Source: the human T2T-CHM13v2.0 reference genome, Homo sapiens
Assembly (NCBI RefSeq): GCF_009914755.1
Contig: NC_060929.1
Reading direction: 5' to 3' (one strand)
Length of the DNA stretch: 64,000 nucleotides
The translations under genes were made by a program, and so were the position numbers. Below are positions 28,006-42,541 of the stretch, one piece after another; positions within the stretch are counted from its first letter, which is position 1; each line of letters starts with the position of its first letter. The notes beneath the pieces were generated by a model. The model had not been told where the DNA came from and did not search any database. It saw only the letters and a program-made list of their open reading frames with translations.

Positions 28006-28727
28006 AGATATGGTCTGGATGTTTGTCCCCTCCAAATCTCATTTTGAACTGTAATTCTCACTTGAGTTAATTTTTGTACATGGTGTCAGAAAGGGATTCA
28101 GTTTCAATCTTCTGCATATGGCTAGTCAGGGACAGAAAACCAAATACTGCATGTTCTCCCTTATAAATAGGATCTAAATGATGAGAACACATAGAGGGAA
28201 ACAACAGACATTGGGGCCTTTTCTAGGGTGGAGGGTGGGAGGGGCGAGAGAGGATAAGGAAAAATAACTAATGGGTAGTAGGCTTAATACCTGATTTATG
28301 AAGTGATATGTATAAAAATCCCCATGACACAAGTTTTACCTTTCTAGCAAACCTGCAGTTGTATCTCTGAACTTAAATTTTTTTTAAATACAAAGAAATG
28401 TAATTTCCGGTGTTGAAGGTGGACGTCATTAATTGCTTAATACAATTTCCTTAGTGCTGAGGGAGTTCTCGCTCAGTTAATTCACACAAGACGTGGTTGT
28501 TTAAAAGGGTCTGGAAGCTCCTCCTTTGTGATCATAATCCCACTCCTGCTAAGTGCCATGATGTCCACCGTGATTGTAAGCTTCCTGAGGCCTTCACCAG
28601 AAGCTGAACAGATGTTAGCACCATGCTTCCTGTACAGACTGCAGAACCATGAGCCAATCGAACCTCTTTTCTTTATAAATTACCCAGCCTCAGGTATTTT
28701 ATACTAACGCAAAAACAGCCTAACACA
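28006..28727 (+). mobile_element. MSTB-type solo LTR interrupted by L1 (28061-28394)
   Basis: 'ggatgtttgtcccctccaaatctca' start; 'ccatgcttcctgtacagactgcagaacc...taacaca' end; TSD gttgc/gttga. Confidence 0.88.
28061..28394 (+). mobile_element. 5'-inverted, truncated L1PA13-16-type insertion
   Basis: 28061-28129 is antisense ORF2; 28127-28394 is the sense 3' end; degenerate TSD gaactgtaattctca / gaaatgtaatttccg. Confidence 0.88.
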
Positions 28728-28785
28728 GTTGAGAACTTTTTAGTCATCTCTCAGAGATAGTGCTTCACCAAATGAATAATAATTT

Positions 28786-28907
28786 GTGTTAATTTCCTAT
28801 TGCTGTCTTAGAAGTAACACTACAAGGTTAGTGACTTAAAATGGCACATATTTATAATTTACAGTTCTAGAGGCCTGAAATCTAAAATGAATTGGAGGAG
28901 CTCTAGG
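28786..28907 (-). mobile_element. MLT1 LTR fragment
   Basis: 'tgtgttaatttcctattgctg...agtgacttaaaa...acagttctagaggc'. Confidence 0.7.
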
Positions 28908-29027
28908 ACCCATCATGCCCACTTTCTGTTTGTGAAGACATATATTTGGTTAGAGGAGCTAAGTTCTATCCACTAGCCATATATATTAAGGTATCTACCT
29001 GAACAGGCACTATGTTTGAAGTTTTTA

Positions 29028-29031
<4 letters not shown>

Positions 29032-29074
<43 letters not shown>
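29032..29074. repeat. (TG)n microsatellite, ~21 units
   Basis: Direct reading of the sequence. Confidence 0.97.
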
Positions 29075-29076
<2 letters not shown>

Positions 29077-30580
29077 ATGTAAAGACAGATCAGGTTGTGT
29101 TTGAGTGATGAGCAGGGTTGTATGAACAAGAGTATAAGAGATGTATTTCCAAATTCTAAAGAAATTTAGATAAGATTTTGCTTTGTTAGTTTCTGTTTGT
29201 TTAGCTGGTTTTGAAAAAAAATAGATAATAGATCTGCTGTTTAAAATGTTTAAAATAACATTTAAAAAATGTTGTCATCTGTTCCATCAGAAAGTATGTG
29301 ATTTTAGAGCACCTGTCACAACAATATTACCATTCGCACAAGGAATTAAATCGGTAAACAGTATTGGGGTACCTAAAGACAGGTGGAAGACAGTAAACTT
29401 AGGCAAGGTGGAGCTATAGCTAGAACAACTGCATAGTAGACACTTCATGGTGATTCTAGTTATCAGACTCATCTGTGATAACAATAATACCCTAGTTTTA
29501 TTTAATTTCTCAGAAATTCCAGTTGACATTTGGATGGAACTTTTCATAAGGTTTAGGATTAGGTAAGGCTATTGAACTGTTGGGTGCTTAAGGACATGTC
29601 ATTAGACATTAATATTGATTATGAACTTGGTATCCACAATGATGGTCATTCTTTAATGACCTTAAATCTTTCTAGCCCCATTCTCAATGTGGTATGTTTG
29701 ATGCATAAAGGTTGGCTAAACATTGAAAAAAAAGAAACCTGAGTTATAATGAAACTGAGGTTCCTTTAAGGGCCTTGGGTTTTCTAATTGATGATATCCT
29801 AGTTAGTTGCTTGCAAACAAAAAAAAAAGGTCAGGGAAGAAAAAATGAGGTTTCCTATTAGAAAGGAGACAAATAATAAAAGTCTAATATCTTACTTCCT
29901 TCTAAGTAAAATTGAGCCCAATAACAAAATGATACTTTGTTTAACATGAAAATAAAATATTAATCTTTAGCACAATGAGTTTGACATACTTGAAGATATT
30001 AGTAAATGAGTGTTAAGGCCCCGAAGCTTGACGCTAGAAGCTAGAAAATTTCTAAATCACTTTGTCTAAATAAAAAGCATAATCATTCATTACCTGACAT
30101 CGAGAAGATTTCAAGTTATGTGGGATAGATTCAGAAATAAAGCAAAGTAAAAGATTTTCCTAGGTTCTGTGAGGATTGTTTCTGATACTTTTTATGTGCT
30201 GCTCTTTGAATAAGCATCTTGTACAAGACTGTGTCTAAGAAAATAACTCTGCCATACTCATCCCAAAATTAATCACTTTAGTGTGAATGACACATCCAGT
30301 GTGTGATTCAGTGAGGGTTGCATGCAAATTGCAAAGAATCTGAATTTAGAGCTCTCCCCATTTTTCCATGTATCTTTGAATTCTGTTATTTCTGTTTGCA
30401 CTAATAACAGTTACTTACACACCACTTTCCTCAAAGCAAAGAGACAGAGGGAATGACTCATCACTAAATTTGAGTTGGAGAGAGGAACCTGATGCAAGCT
30501 CATAATCCTTTCCAGATTGTGAAATTATCTTCATGAATTCTCTCTGCTGCTGAAATATTCCCAAGGGACCTTTATTCTAA

Positions 30581-30935
<355 letters not shown>

Positions 30936-31447
30936 GCGGAAACGATTGTGTATGGCAATCACGAGGGTCGGGTGCCACATATAAACTGTATGTATCTTCC
31001 TCACTCATTTCTCTCATGGTGGAAAAAAAGTAGGCCACCATATTTCTTGAAGAAAAAAATTTTTTGAAGAATATTTCTCTTGAAGAATGTGACAGGGAAA
31101 GAGACATATTCAGGCCCACTGCTTTCTGATGAGAATTGGTAGTATGGAATCGGCTACATGGAAGGCAACAGCTACAAAAAAATCCCCTCTACTTGGGATA
31201 ACAGATTTGGTTGGGTACAAAAAATGAAACATTATATGGGGGGATATATGAAAAAGAACAGCCATCTAGAGGTCCAGCTAGGAAGAGAAGATTGTGAAGG
31301 GTACTTAGTAAAATATCACCTGTGGAATATTTTATGTTCCTCCAAATAATATCTCTCTTAGAACTCAAAATTTTTATGAAGTAAATTTTCCTAGAGTAGT
31401 AATTGCATAAACATTGATTAATGGTATGTGTAATCTTTACCCTACCC

Positions 31448-31771
31448 GAGGTGTCCCCAACCCCCAGGCCACAGATGGGTACTGGTCCATTGCCTGTTAG
31501 GAACCAGGCTGTACAGCAGATGGTGAGTGGTGGAAGGACCTCCTGTTGGGTCAGCTGTGGCATTAGATTCTTATAGGAGCATGAACCCTATTGTGAACTG
31601 TGCATGTGAGGGATCTAGGTTGTGTGATCCTTATGAGAATCTAATGTCTGATGATCTGAGGTAGAACAGTTTCACCCTGAAACCATCATCCATCATCCCT
31701 CACCCTCCATCCCTGGAAAAATTGTCTTCCACAAAACTGGTCGCTGGTGCCAAAAAGGTTGAGAACTGCTG
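31448..31771 (+). mobile_element. MER1B hAT-Charlie MITE
   Basis: Terminal inverted repeats 'aggtgtccccaacc...ggttgagaactgctg'; internal 'cattagattcttataggagc...ccttatgagaatctaatg'; 8-bp TSD ccctaccc/ccctacct. Confidence 0.93.
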
Positions 31772-32409
31772 CCCTACCTCATGCCCTAAACGCACTAGGG
31801 ATTCACCTGTCTTCTTTATAGTTTTTCTGCCAAGACTGCTATACTAGCTGCTTCCTTTTTCTAAAACTTTTTGGACTTATTCTTTAATTGATGAGAAATA
31901 ACTGAATGTGGTAACCCACTCCTCCAGAGTGAATCCAGAGTTTGCTTTTCCAACCAGAAGCAAGTTACCTGGGTCTGAATGTAATGGAATCCTTAAGGAT
32001 TGAGTGAGAATTTTTTCATGCATGGTAAAAAAGCTGACTTATCCAGACCTTGTATGATAAAATCTCATTCCAAATGGAATACTGTATTAAATTCTAAAAA
32101 ATTATATTCAGATCCTCAAGTGTCTTCAGAAAACTTGAGTGATCTTCCCTAGAAGCAAAGTCAAAAGAAGAATTTGAGGAATCCTATGTGTAACAGTGAA
32201 CTAGTACAAGGCCCCTAGTACACACACTTGTTTTGAGTGGGTTAGGAAATGAGACTTATTCATTGGCCCAATATAGAGGAGAATTCCTTTAATCATTCAA
32301 TCTAAAATCTATTGGAGTATTAAAACAAAAACTGAATTTTAGAGAAAATATATATTTAATTTTCAATATATTTTTTTTCTTTCCCGGGATTCTTAGCCCA
32401 CAAGAGCAT

Positions 32410-32913
32410 AAACAGTGAACTTCATCTCCAGGTATTCATATTTTTATGTAGTCCTCTCTGACCATAAGCCATAAACATGACTGATTTGTAGAATTAATAG
32501 CATACTGTGGCTTTCAAGTTTAGGTTATAAAAGAAATTGTGACTTCATTTTGTTTTATTTAATATTTTGCTCTGAGGGAAGCCTACTGCCATGTTGTAAG
32601 GACATTCAAACAGCCATATGGAGAGGTCCACATGGTCTGAAGCTGTCACCTTTTGTTGATGGCCAAGACCAACTTACCATCCATGTTAGCCAGCCATCTT
32701 GGATATAAATCTCCCAGCCATAGTGGAGCCTTACTATGACTGTAGTCCTGGCTAAAATCTTAACTGCAACTTCCTGTGAGTCTCCAAAGCAGGACAATTA
32801 AACTTTTATGCACCTGATTTTCTGACCCAGAAACAATGTAAGAAAAAACACATTTATTATTTTAAGCCACTAAATTGTGAGGAAATTTATTATACAGCAA
32901 TAGATCATTAATA
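32410..32913 (+). mobile_element. MLT1F-type LTR
   Basis: 'gctctgagggaagcc...gccatgttgtaaggac...ggagaggtccacatgg...ttttaagccactaa...cagcaatagat'. Confidence 0.82.
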
Positions 32914-35659
32914 GCCCCTGTTCTTCTTTTCTTTTCTCTTTCTTCTATGTTTTCATTCTAATCATCCAAAATAATATATTGTCTTACAATCAGTAATCTG
33001 GGGTATAAGTGACCATATTAAGTCTTGCCTTTAAATATAATGAGCTTACTAGCACACCCACATTTCAGAGTTATCATAAGAACTCTTTTCTTGCAAATTA
33101 TAATTGGGTTTCAATAGAAAAAATACATATATACACACATATTCATGTTTAATATGTATTTATGCATAAATTCATATTTATGTATATATGTATTTACATA
33201 CATTAAAGTATTATATAGATGTATATATATTTATAAAGTAGGAACCTGAGATAAACAGACTTTAGCGGAGGAAGTTATCTTTTGGCTTTTTTATCTACTA
33301 TTCTCTTTTTTTCCCCTTTTGTTTTTATGATTTGATTTGTTACTGTGTTTTACAGGCACAAAAATGTTTATCTTTCAATAGCAGCAATAATAATATCCAA
33401 TATATAATTTTACAAATAGCTACTGGCTTTTTTCTCTGACTTTTACATTAAGCGCTGACAGTTCAGCTTTTATAGTTTATTTACAATGTAATTAGGGTGA
33501 GTAAATTTCATATTAAGATAAAATGAACAGAAAAATATTACCAAAAATAACAAATGGAAAATGGAATGCGATACAATATAAAATTGTATCAAACAGAAAA
33601 TATAGTATATTAATATTGACAAGTTGATGCAAAATGTGGAGATCAATTTAAAAAATGAAATCACACCCTTTATTCAGACTTTAAAGCTAAAATAACCTAA
33701 GACTGTAGAATGTTTCTTATTTATCTATCTCTTAACTCCTGGGCTAGTTTCCAGATTATTGTCATAGTATTAATTTGCTTAATACATTGTTTTGTAAGTT
33801 TAGTTTCATTTCAAGGATTTCTTCAGAATTTCCAGATATGGTTTTTACTGTTTTATTAATGTTATTGACATTTTTTTATTATTTATAGTACATGTTCTTT
33901 CTTGTTTGGATGCTTGGCAGTTCACACTTTGTAAGTAAAGAATTATCCCTACAACTGCTTGCATTTCCACTCGCCTTATTATACCAAAAAACAAAATTGA
34001 CAAATTAGTATATGATAAAAACTTTTTAGTATGTTATAACATTATAAGTAATACACAATAAAATTTTCCCAAGTGATTCCTGACTTTTAATTACTTACTT
34101 ATATGTTTTTTTCTAGTCCAAAAATCTTTCTTGGACTTCTTTTTGTTAGACTCTCTAGAAACCAGGATTACTTTTAAAGGAATAATTATGACATCTCACA
34201 AATGTAGCTTGTCTTTTAAATTCCAGTGTATTCTGCCCTTTTGTATGGCTCCTTCTGTGTTTTTTCTAAAACTTTTTCAGAAGTACATATTAGATTTTGC
34301 TTTCCTGAAATTATGCATGTTTTTCAGTATCTTTTTTTGACATTATTATTTTGTTATTGCATGTGTGTGTGTATGTGTGTATTTGTGTATTTGTGTGTGT
34401 TTAATGTGTTTGATGTTTATCATATTTGCAGTGTGGTCATGTTTGGCTGAGAAGTTTGTAAATAATATAGCTTAAGAATTCATAGATTTTCATGTTTGAT
34501 GTATTGGACAAAAATATCCATTTCTTCCCAGATGTAGATAAAGGAGACTGGGGAAAGAGAGTGACCAAATTGTTAATCACCGAGATAATTAAAACGGAAA
34601 TAGTCCTGGAAGGCACCTGTTGTGGCCTTTCCTGAAAGTATCTTTGTTCAGATATGTTTAATGCCTAAGTCCTAAAGGAGATCAACTCAATTATCTCTAG
34701 TACATATTTTAAGTGTTAGAAATTTTACTTGAAACAAAGACATTTTAAATTTAACTAAATATGATAGTATTTATGAGCAATTATCATGAATCTTAGAATT
34801 GTCACCAAGAGTTAAAATTATTATGTTATTTCTGAGTAAATTTTATAATTATTGCAAAAGGTCATCCAGTAGAGTTTAGTTAAAATCTTTTGTCTTAGCA
34901 ATAAATGTAAAATATTTCTACTTGCTACTAAGCAAAATATAGAAATAGAAATGAGCTTTCATTTAAATTATTTATACATATATAGACAGATTTTTGAATT
35001 GAGCTTTTGTCTGTGGGTCTACGTGAACAATAGCTTTGGCATAATTTATAGTAATCATTCTAAAATTTAAAAATTTCCAGCAAATGTAAGAAAAATAAAA
35101 AGATGACTAATCCAAAATTCTTATTCCAAATTTTGTGACAATAGCCACACCTTCCCTGAGGGTCCTTGAATCTCTGATTTTATTTGAGTGACCTAGAGGT
35201 TGACACATTTTAACAGTGAAATAGGTTAGCTTTCGTTATTCATTTGATAATAAAAGCCATAGGAGTAGCCATGAGACATCAGGAAGAATGATCATATATA
35301 CATTAGTGTCCCTGCTGGATTTCATACTACTCACAATTTTTTAGTTTTTTCCAAACCCAGTCCCTTAACCATGGCCAACCCATATCTAGCCAAATATCCT
35401 GTAGTTAAAAGTCAGCACTGCCCAGGACACAGATATAATATTTTTGTTTGAAGAATGAATAAAGACTAGAGCTGCCTGCGGACCCAGGTAAGATGACTAG
35501 CCATTCCGATGTGACTAGAACAGGAGGTATAACAACACACTGGACTTTTGGTGACAAAATTGGTACAGTCTTGAGTAAAAAGGGAAAGCTGGTTTTCCTA
35601 GGAGTATTGGTGTAGGAATTAATACCACTGCCATAACTTAAGTACATATGTTATTGGTC

Positions 35660-36161
35660 AGTTAGGTAGACAGAATAATAACTCCATAAAGATACCTACC
35701 TCCTAATTTCAAGGGAATGTGAAGTGTAACTTTAAATGACAAAAGCGACTTTGCAGATGAGATTAAGATTCTTGAGAGAGGTAAAATATTTTGGATTTTT
35801 GAGGTGGTGCAATATAATCACAAGCGCTTTTATAAAAGAGAAGTAGAATGGTCAGAAGTAGAAAGCTATTGTGATTATGAAAGCAGGGGGAGATTTGAAG
35901 ATGCAAAGCCTCTGGCTTTGAAGATGAAGAAAGATCAGATGACCTAGGAAATCAAGGTGGCCTCCAGATGCCGGAAAAGAAAATAAATGGGTTGTGCCCT
36001 GGAGACTCCAGAAGAGACTAGCCCTGAAGTCATAGTGACGTTAGCCTACAGAGATTAATTCTGGACTTCCCACCTCCAGCATTGTATAGTAATAAAATTT
36101 TGCTGCCTTAAGCCATTCAGTTTGTGATAATTTGTTAGAGCAGCAATAAGAAACTAAATAA
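35660..36161 (+). mobile_element. MLT1D LTR
   Basis: 'gactttgcagatgagattaag...ctggctttgaagatgaag...gcagcaataagaaactaa'. Confidence 0.88.
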
Positions 36162-36603
36162 AGTCCAATTCACTGAGCTTTGTTGTTATTTCTTGGACAA
36201 TTTAAATGCCTTTGAAAAATCATTGTGTTTCCTTTTATCCATATGATTAAAAACATATATTAGCTATTAACTACTAATATCTTACTTTTGCAAATAATTA
36301 TATGCATGATAATATCTGCTTGGTTAAAATGTAATTTCTAACATCCCTTTCCTGTTTTCCATAATTTTCTTTCTGACTAACCTATCAGAGACACAGGAAA
36401 TATATTGTTGTGTCATCAAGAGCATGCAGCCCATTGGAATGTGAGATTTGTATTTAAAACTTGATTTTAAAGTGAATAGCTTAGGCAACTAACACAATGC
36501 ATTTAATCAACCAGAATCAGGCCTTGTGTCCAACTCTAGCTATAAGAGAGGTGAGGGATTTTGTAACTGTCCTTTTTAACCTGCAGAGGATGGACAGAGC
36601 ACC

Positions 36604-36893
<290 letters not shown>

Positions 36894-37683
36894 CTAGCCA
36901 AAAGAGTCTGCCAAAAGGTTGGTCCTGAAGCCCCAAGGGAAATACAAGTCGGTTAGGGGTCACACATGTACACTAACAACGGCTCATTGGAGGGTTTGGA
37001 TGGCACTAGGAATTAAGACTTGTTTTTATAGGCAGAATATATGGCTGGAAAACAATTGTAAGAATTTTAAAGGGCAGAAAAGATGAGTAATTCTGCAAAA
37101 ACTAATGAGACTGTAAAAATGGTATGGTCAATATCATAATAGAATTCATCAATTGTTTTCAAAAGAGAAAATTGTTAACATGTTGGAAAAGTATTAATAA
37201 ATGTAAAGGCATGCATGGATCTGCTCAGTTTGGACTATATTATTAGCTTTTTAATGTTGAACACATTATTTCACCCTTTTGAGTTTAATTTTGTCACATA
37301 TGTTGAAATTGATGACATTAGTATTTGGTTATTAAAATGAAATAAAATAAGTAGACATATAATGCGGCTACTGATCCCTGGAAAGTCTTCTGAATAGTTT
37401 TTTCCACTCTTCATCCTATACATCCAGTTTATTTTTTCTCCTTAAAAATTATTCATTAACAAAGACTCAATAATTTTAAATTCATAAAAGCCTAGTCAAT
37501 GGATTACAGTTTAGTTTGTTATGAAAAAATGTGTTTTCTTAACAAAACAGAGTTGTAAAATATCTCTTATTAAGCTATTAATTAGTGATATATTGAAAAT
37601 GATCTTTCATCAAAGCACATTGTCAATAGTAGTAAGCAATATTTAGATAATCTCATATTTTTAATTAAAAGAATCAAAAAGTT

Positions 37684-38160
37684 TGCAGGTGTGAAAAAGT
37701 CATTTTCTTCACTGGTGGCCAGGTTCCTGGATGAGGCACCTATAATAAAAGAGATTAAAAGAGAGAAGCGTACAGATTCATTTAATGTAAATTTTACACG
37801 ACATGTGAGCCTTCAGAAATGTTTCCAGAGAAATAGGAGCCCCTGTGTATTTCTGTGCTCATATTTGATGAGGAGTGGTCAGTTGTGGGGAAGTATGATT
37901 GGACAAAAGATATGTTCTGATGGTAATGAACTGGTGGTACTTAGCAGGCCTGTTTGTTCAGATGTTTGTTGACATGTGTGTGTCTTTGAGGATGACACTG
38001 TTTCTTTCTTCTGGATATAGGGAAGCCACCTGTGGAAAAAGATCTTTTGACCTGCTTCAGGGGAGAAGGGTGGGGGAAAGCGGACAGTGGACTCCCTACT
38101 TCTTCTTTTTTCTTGAATGCCAGTGTGTCATATTGGGGTAGTGTGTCCTGAACCTCATCA
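37684..38160 (-). mobile_element. MER31/MER67-group ERV1 solo LTR
   Basis: TG...CA ends; 'gtatgattggacaaaag','cttagcaggcctgtttgttcagat','ggggtagtgtgtcctgaacctcatca'. Confidence 0.75.
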
Positions 38161-38201
38161 GGTGAAAGTCATACTTGAAGTTCATCTTCTTAGAAATTGC
38201 A

Positions 38202-38348
38202 TTTTATTTATTCATTTATTTATTTATTTTGTAAAGACGGGGTTTTGCCATGTTGCCCAGGTTGGTCTTGAACTCCTGGGCTCAAGTGGTCCTTCCAACT
38301 TGGCCTCCCAAAGTGCTGGGATTATAGGCATGAGTCACCATGCAGGCT
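38202..38348 (-). mobile_element. FLAM_C (free left Alu monomer)
   Basis: Single monomer with (TTTA) tail; 'ctcctgggctcaag'. Confidence 0.88.
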
Positions 38349-39933
38349 GGAAATTTTATAAGAATGTAAACATAATGCTATTGGTATACTATTTTTTAAC
38401 TTAATTTTGAGTTGCCTTTGGTGCAAACACTCATAATTAGAAAGTTTGAGTTAAATATTGAAGACCAATTAAAAGTTTCAAATGATTAATAAGCATGAGA
38501 TTATTAACCAGCAAAATGACATTTGTGGTCAATGAAACAATACAAGCAAATTATAAGGCACAAAAAAACAAATACAAAAGGAAGTATAACAAAGGGATGA
38601 TAATTTTTGATATAGAACCATTTAAAAATTGGCAATACTACAAGGTAGACATGATTCTTGCTGTGTACTTTACAAATGTCAGTGTTATTACCTTTTATTC
38701 ACATTGAATAATGATGGATCCTTGCAGTCAGTTTCCTATAACCCTCAGGATATGATGTATGTGATATATGAGCTAGGGTCAAATTTTATTTCATAAATCA
38801 AAAGAATGTGTCTTTCAATGACACAAATAAAATGTAAAGGTTAAGTGCTTCATCTTCTAGACTATGAGGATACAATTGTATATTTATGAAAACATCTTTA
38901 AATATTTTTCCATTTCCATATTTTATTAAAAACAAATATTATTTTATTTCTCTTTAAATGTCTTGTTTTACTTTGTAGTTTTGTATGACATGTAAATAGA
39001 AAGGGAGAAACATATTTCCACTGTAATAAGGATCTTGGTTTTATTCCATAATATTTAATCACCAAAATAGAATTTTTAAAAAGTGTAAAACATTCACTTC
39101 CATAAAACACCCGGAGTCCTCGCATTTACGTTTCTAAATCATTACACATGATCCATTATGTATCAGTGAAAATGTCAAACATTTAAAATGATCTCTGTTC
39201 ATTTAATGAGTCATTTAAGATGCTATTTTATTTTTTCTTTCTGTAGAAACCATTGAAAGCTAATTCACATAAGTATATCACACATTGTCATATTTTTATA
39301 GTATTGCATATGGAATGATGGTACTACTAAATCAAGTTTAAATAGTCATAGTATAGTTTAACCAGAAATCAACAACCAACAACATTGTCACTCAGGGAAA
39401 CAAAACAAACAAAAATCATGCTTCCAGGGCACGTCTATTACTTTTTTATTTTTGTTCCTCTATTTATGACAACCTCCTCTTCCTTTAAAGATTTTGCTTA
39501 TGCCCCACTCCCACCCCCTCACTGTATCACTCATCTTATTTCTGTTTCTGGATTTTCCTACTCTTCCTCTCTCCTTCAAACCATATTTTTCAGCTTGGAA
39601 CTATCTATATATTTATTTAGTAATTTACACTGACTTATGTATGTTCTTGGTACTCATTTCTATCCATACACAGATTTTGACCTTTTACACTGACCACTGA
39701 GATATTGTTTCTCAAACTGGTTGATCATAATAATAACTTAATAATACATAGTGAACAGGAATCCCTATAAATTCAAAACTTTTCACCAAAAATACAGAAT
39801 TCTCTAAAAATCACTGGCTTTACTTTTCAAATTTATGGTAAAGTTTTTATTTCACTCTGTGATATGTTGACTACATGAAACAAAATTCTAAATTGCTTAG
39901 CTGATATTGTGAAATGCAAATTTTCTTAAACCA

Positions 39934-40197
39934 GGACAGGCACAGTGGTTCACTCTTGTAGTCCCAACACTGGGAGACCAAGGAGGGCAGATAGCTTGAG
40001 CCCAGGAGTTTGAAAGCAGCTTGAGCAACATGATGACACCCTATCTCTACATGTCTATAGTCCCAGCACTCAGGAGGTTGAGGAGGGAGGATAACCTAAG
40101 CCCAGGGAGGCCGAGGCTTCAGTGAGCTGTGATCACACCACTGCACTTCAGCCTGGGTGACAGAGAGGAGACACTGTCTCAAAAAAAAAAAAAAAAA
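39934..40197 (+). mobile_element. AluJ with an internal deletion of the linker
   Basis: J-type positions; left arm 'ctatctctac' joined directly to 'atgtctatagtcccagc'. Confidence 0.9.
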
Positions 40198-40199
40198 TC

Positions 40200-40441
40200 T
40201 AAAATCCAGATAATTTTTTTGATTTGAAAACACAAAAGCAGATGAATTGGTATGAAGTATCTGTAGTGTTCATTTTCTCTGTTTACATGAATATTGGTGT
40301 TTTATTGCATATATATGATGTGTTTGTTTAGCTATATACTACACTAGACTACATAGTATATGCATCAAATTGGATTTTGAAAAAACAAACATTTAATTTG
40401 AAACACATTTGCCTGCATGAATTTCTATGTAATGCGGACCA
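40200..40441 (+). mobile_element. MER46C-like Tigger DNA transposon fragment
   Basis: 'tgaatattgg...gtgtttg...tagtatatgca...tgaaacacatttgcc...gcggacc' resembles the recalled MER46C 3' half. Confidence 0.45.
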
Positions 40442-41601
40442 GAACCAGCTAAATTGCATAATAATCCTTTCCTTGTATTTGCAAGTATAATTATGGCTTT
40501 AGGGTTTCTTCTGGTTAATTAGCTCATATGTGGAGGTCAGAGTGAGGGCTAGATTCTATTTGGAGAAGAAATGATCTACATCTTACAAATGTATTATGAG
40601 TGCAGGTGTTAACTCTTCTTTGCAAATGCGGAGACTGAGAAAAGGAAAGATGAGATAGCTTGCCTAAGATCATATTACCAGGTCACCACTGAATCACAGC
40701 AAAGCACCTTCCTCAATGATTATATTATTGCTTTCCTCTCTCTCATCTATAATTCCTGCAGTATTCTTCTCTGAGATAGGATTCTTAGTCTCAGAAATGA
40801 ATGTAAGCTCGATATTACTAGGTGACAATAGTTAGAAAACATCAATATTTTATCTGAAGCTTTCAGTTGCCTGTAATATGGCATTATGGCAAGCCCCAAG
40901 GAAGAGAGACATAGATTTTTAAATGTGGTTGTATTGTTGATACTTACGGAAGATCAGCATGAGCTCAAAATCTGATTCTTGTGTTTAGTGAAAATCAAGG
41001 TTAGGTGAATTTAGGGTGCTACTATTTCTGGGAAAAAGTAATTGCGTGATTAATTGATTCATTATTGTTAAATAGTCTTGTCTTTTTATGTCCATGCTAG
41101 TTTATACTTTAAGATTTCTATACAGAAGTATTTTCAAGAAATTGAAGCACTATTGAGTTAAAGGCAATAAAAAATGTCACAACAGTTCAAATCAGTGGTA
41201 AATACAAGTCATGGAGAAAATTATTATTATATGATTCATCCTAACTTAAGAATTGAAGGTATTCTTTTGCTTATAATATCACCTGTGCTTTTTCAAGTAT
41301 ATTTCACTTAAATAAAAGAGTGAAAAATATAAAATACCACATGTAAGCAACCTGCCAAATACTCATACATTATGGGTACTGAGGTCCCATAAGAAATGGA
41401 AATTTTTAAATCAGCAAATAGCTATATAGTTTATTGCAGTATTTTACATTAGTAAATTTTTAAATTACACTTTATTGTCCTGTAATACAAATATGACTAA
41501 ATGACAGGTTGTCTTTTATGTTTCAAATATAACTGAATATAATCATATCAAATAATTTAACATAGGCCTTTAAAACTACATATAAATATGTGTTATATTT
41601 T

Positions 41602-41964
41602 TATCTTAGTCCATTTTGGCTGATATCAAAAAAGTACCCCAAACTGGGTAGGTAATAAACAACAGAAATTGTTTCTTACAATTCTGGAGGTTGGAAAGTC
41701 CAAGATCAGGGTACCAGCAGATTCACTGGTCAGAGCCTACTTCCTGGTTCATAAAATGTGATCTTTTCATTGTGTTTTCATATTGTGGACATGGCAGAAA
41801 GCTCCCTTGGGCCTTTCTTATAAGAGCACTCATTCCATTCATGAGGGCAAAGCCCTCACATCCTAATCACCAACAAAAATGTCCGAACTCCTAATACCAT
41901 CACTCTGAGCGTTAGGATTTCAACATAGGAATTTTGGGAGGACACAAACATTCAGACTATAGCC
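41602..41964 (-). mobile_element. MLT1A/MLT1A0 solo LTR
   Basis: 'tcttagtccatt...aaacaacagaaatt...ggatttcaacataggaattttggg...acattcagactatagc'. Confidence 0.9.
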
Positions 41965-42155
41965 ATCATTATACACAAAAATAATATACCACTTAAAATT
42001 TCATGTTTATAAATTGACATTTATTCTTAAGGGAAAAGGTATTTGTTTACAAAGAGTTTTATAATTACTTATGTTACTGCAATTTATTAAATGAACTCAG
42101 TTTGCAAATAACCTTAGGATACATGAAAAATGAAGCATTATCAGAAGGTAATATA

Positions 42156-42541
42156 CAGTCATGAATTGCTTAAGAACATGGATACATTTTGATAAATGCA
42201 TCATTAGGCAATTTTGTCACTGTGCAAACATCATAGACTGTACTTTCACATATACAACAGAAACCTCTATTGTATAGCATACAACCCACCTAGGCTGGAT
42301 GGTACAGCTTATGACTCCTAGGCTACAAACCTGTATAGCAGGTTACTGTACTGAATTCTGTAGGTGATTGTAACACAATGATAAGTATTTGAGCATCTAA
42401 ACAGAAAATCTACAGGCAAATATGGTATAAAACACAAAAAATAGTACACCTGTATAGGATAACTCCACTGTAATCTTACAGGACCACCATCATATATATG
42501 GCTCATTGTTGACTGAAACATCCTTATGTGGCACATGAATA
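42156..42541 (+). mobile_element. Tigger3 (MER7) non-autonomous DNA transposon
   Basis: ta|cagtcatg start; 'ctcctaggctacaaacctgtatagca','gttgactgaaacatc...gcacatga'. Confidence 0.9.

Noticed and set aside
30300-30470. Octamer ATGCAAAT and AP-1 TGACTCA motifs
   Set aside because: Single short motifs at background frequency; cannot support an enhancer call without conservation or chromatin data
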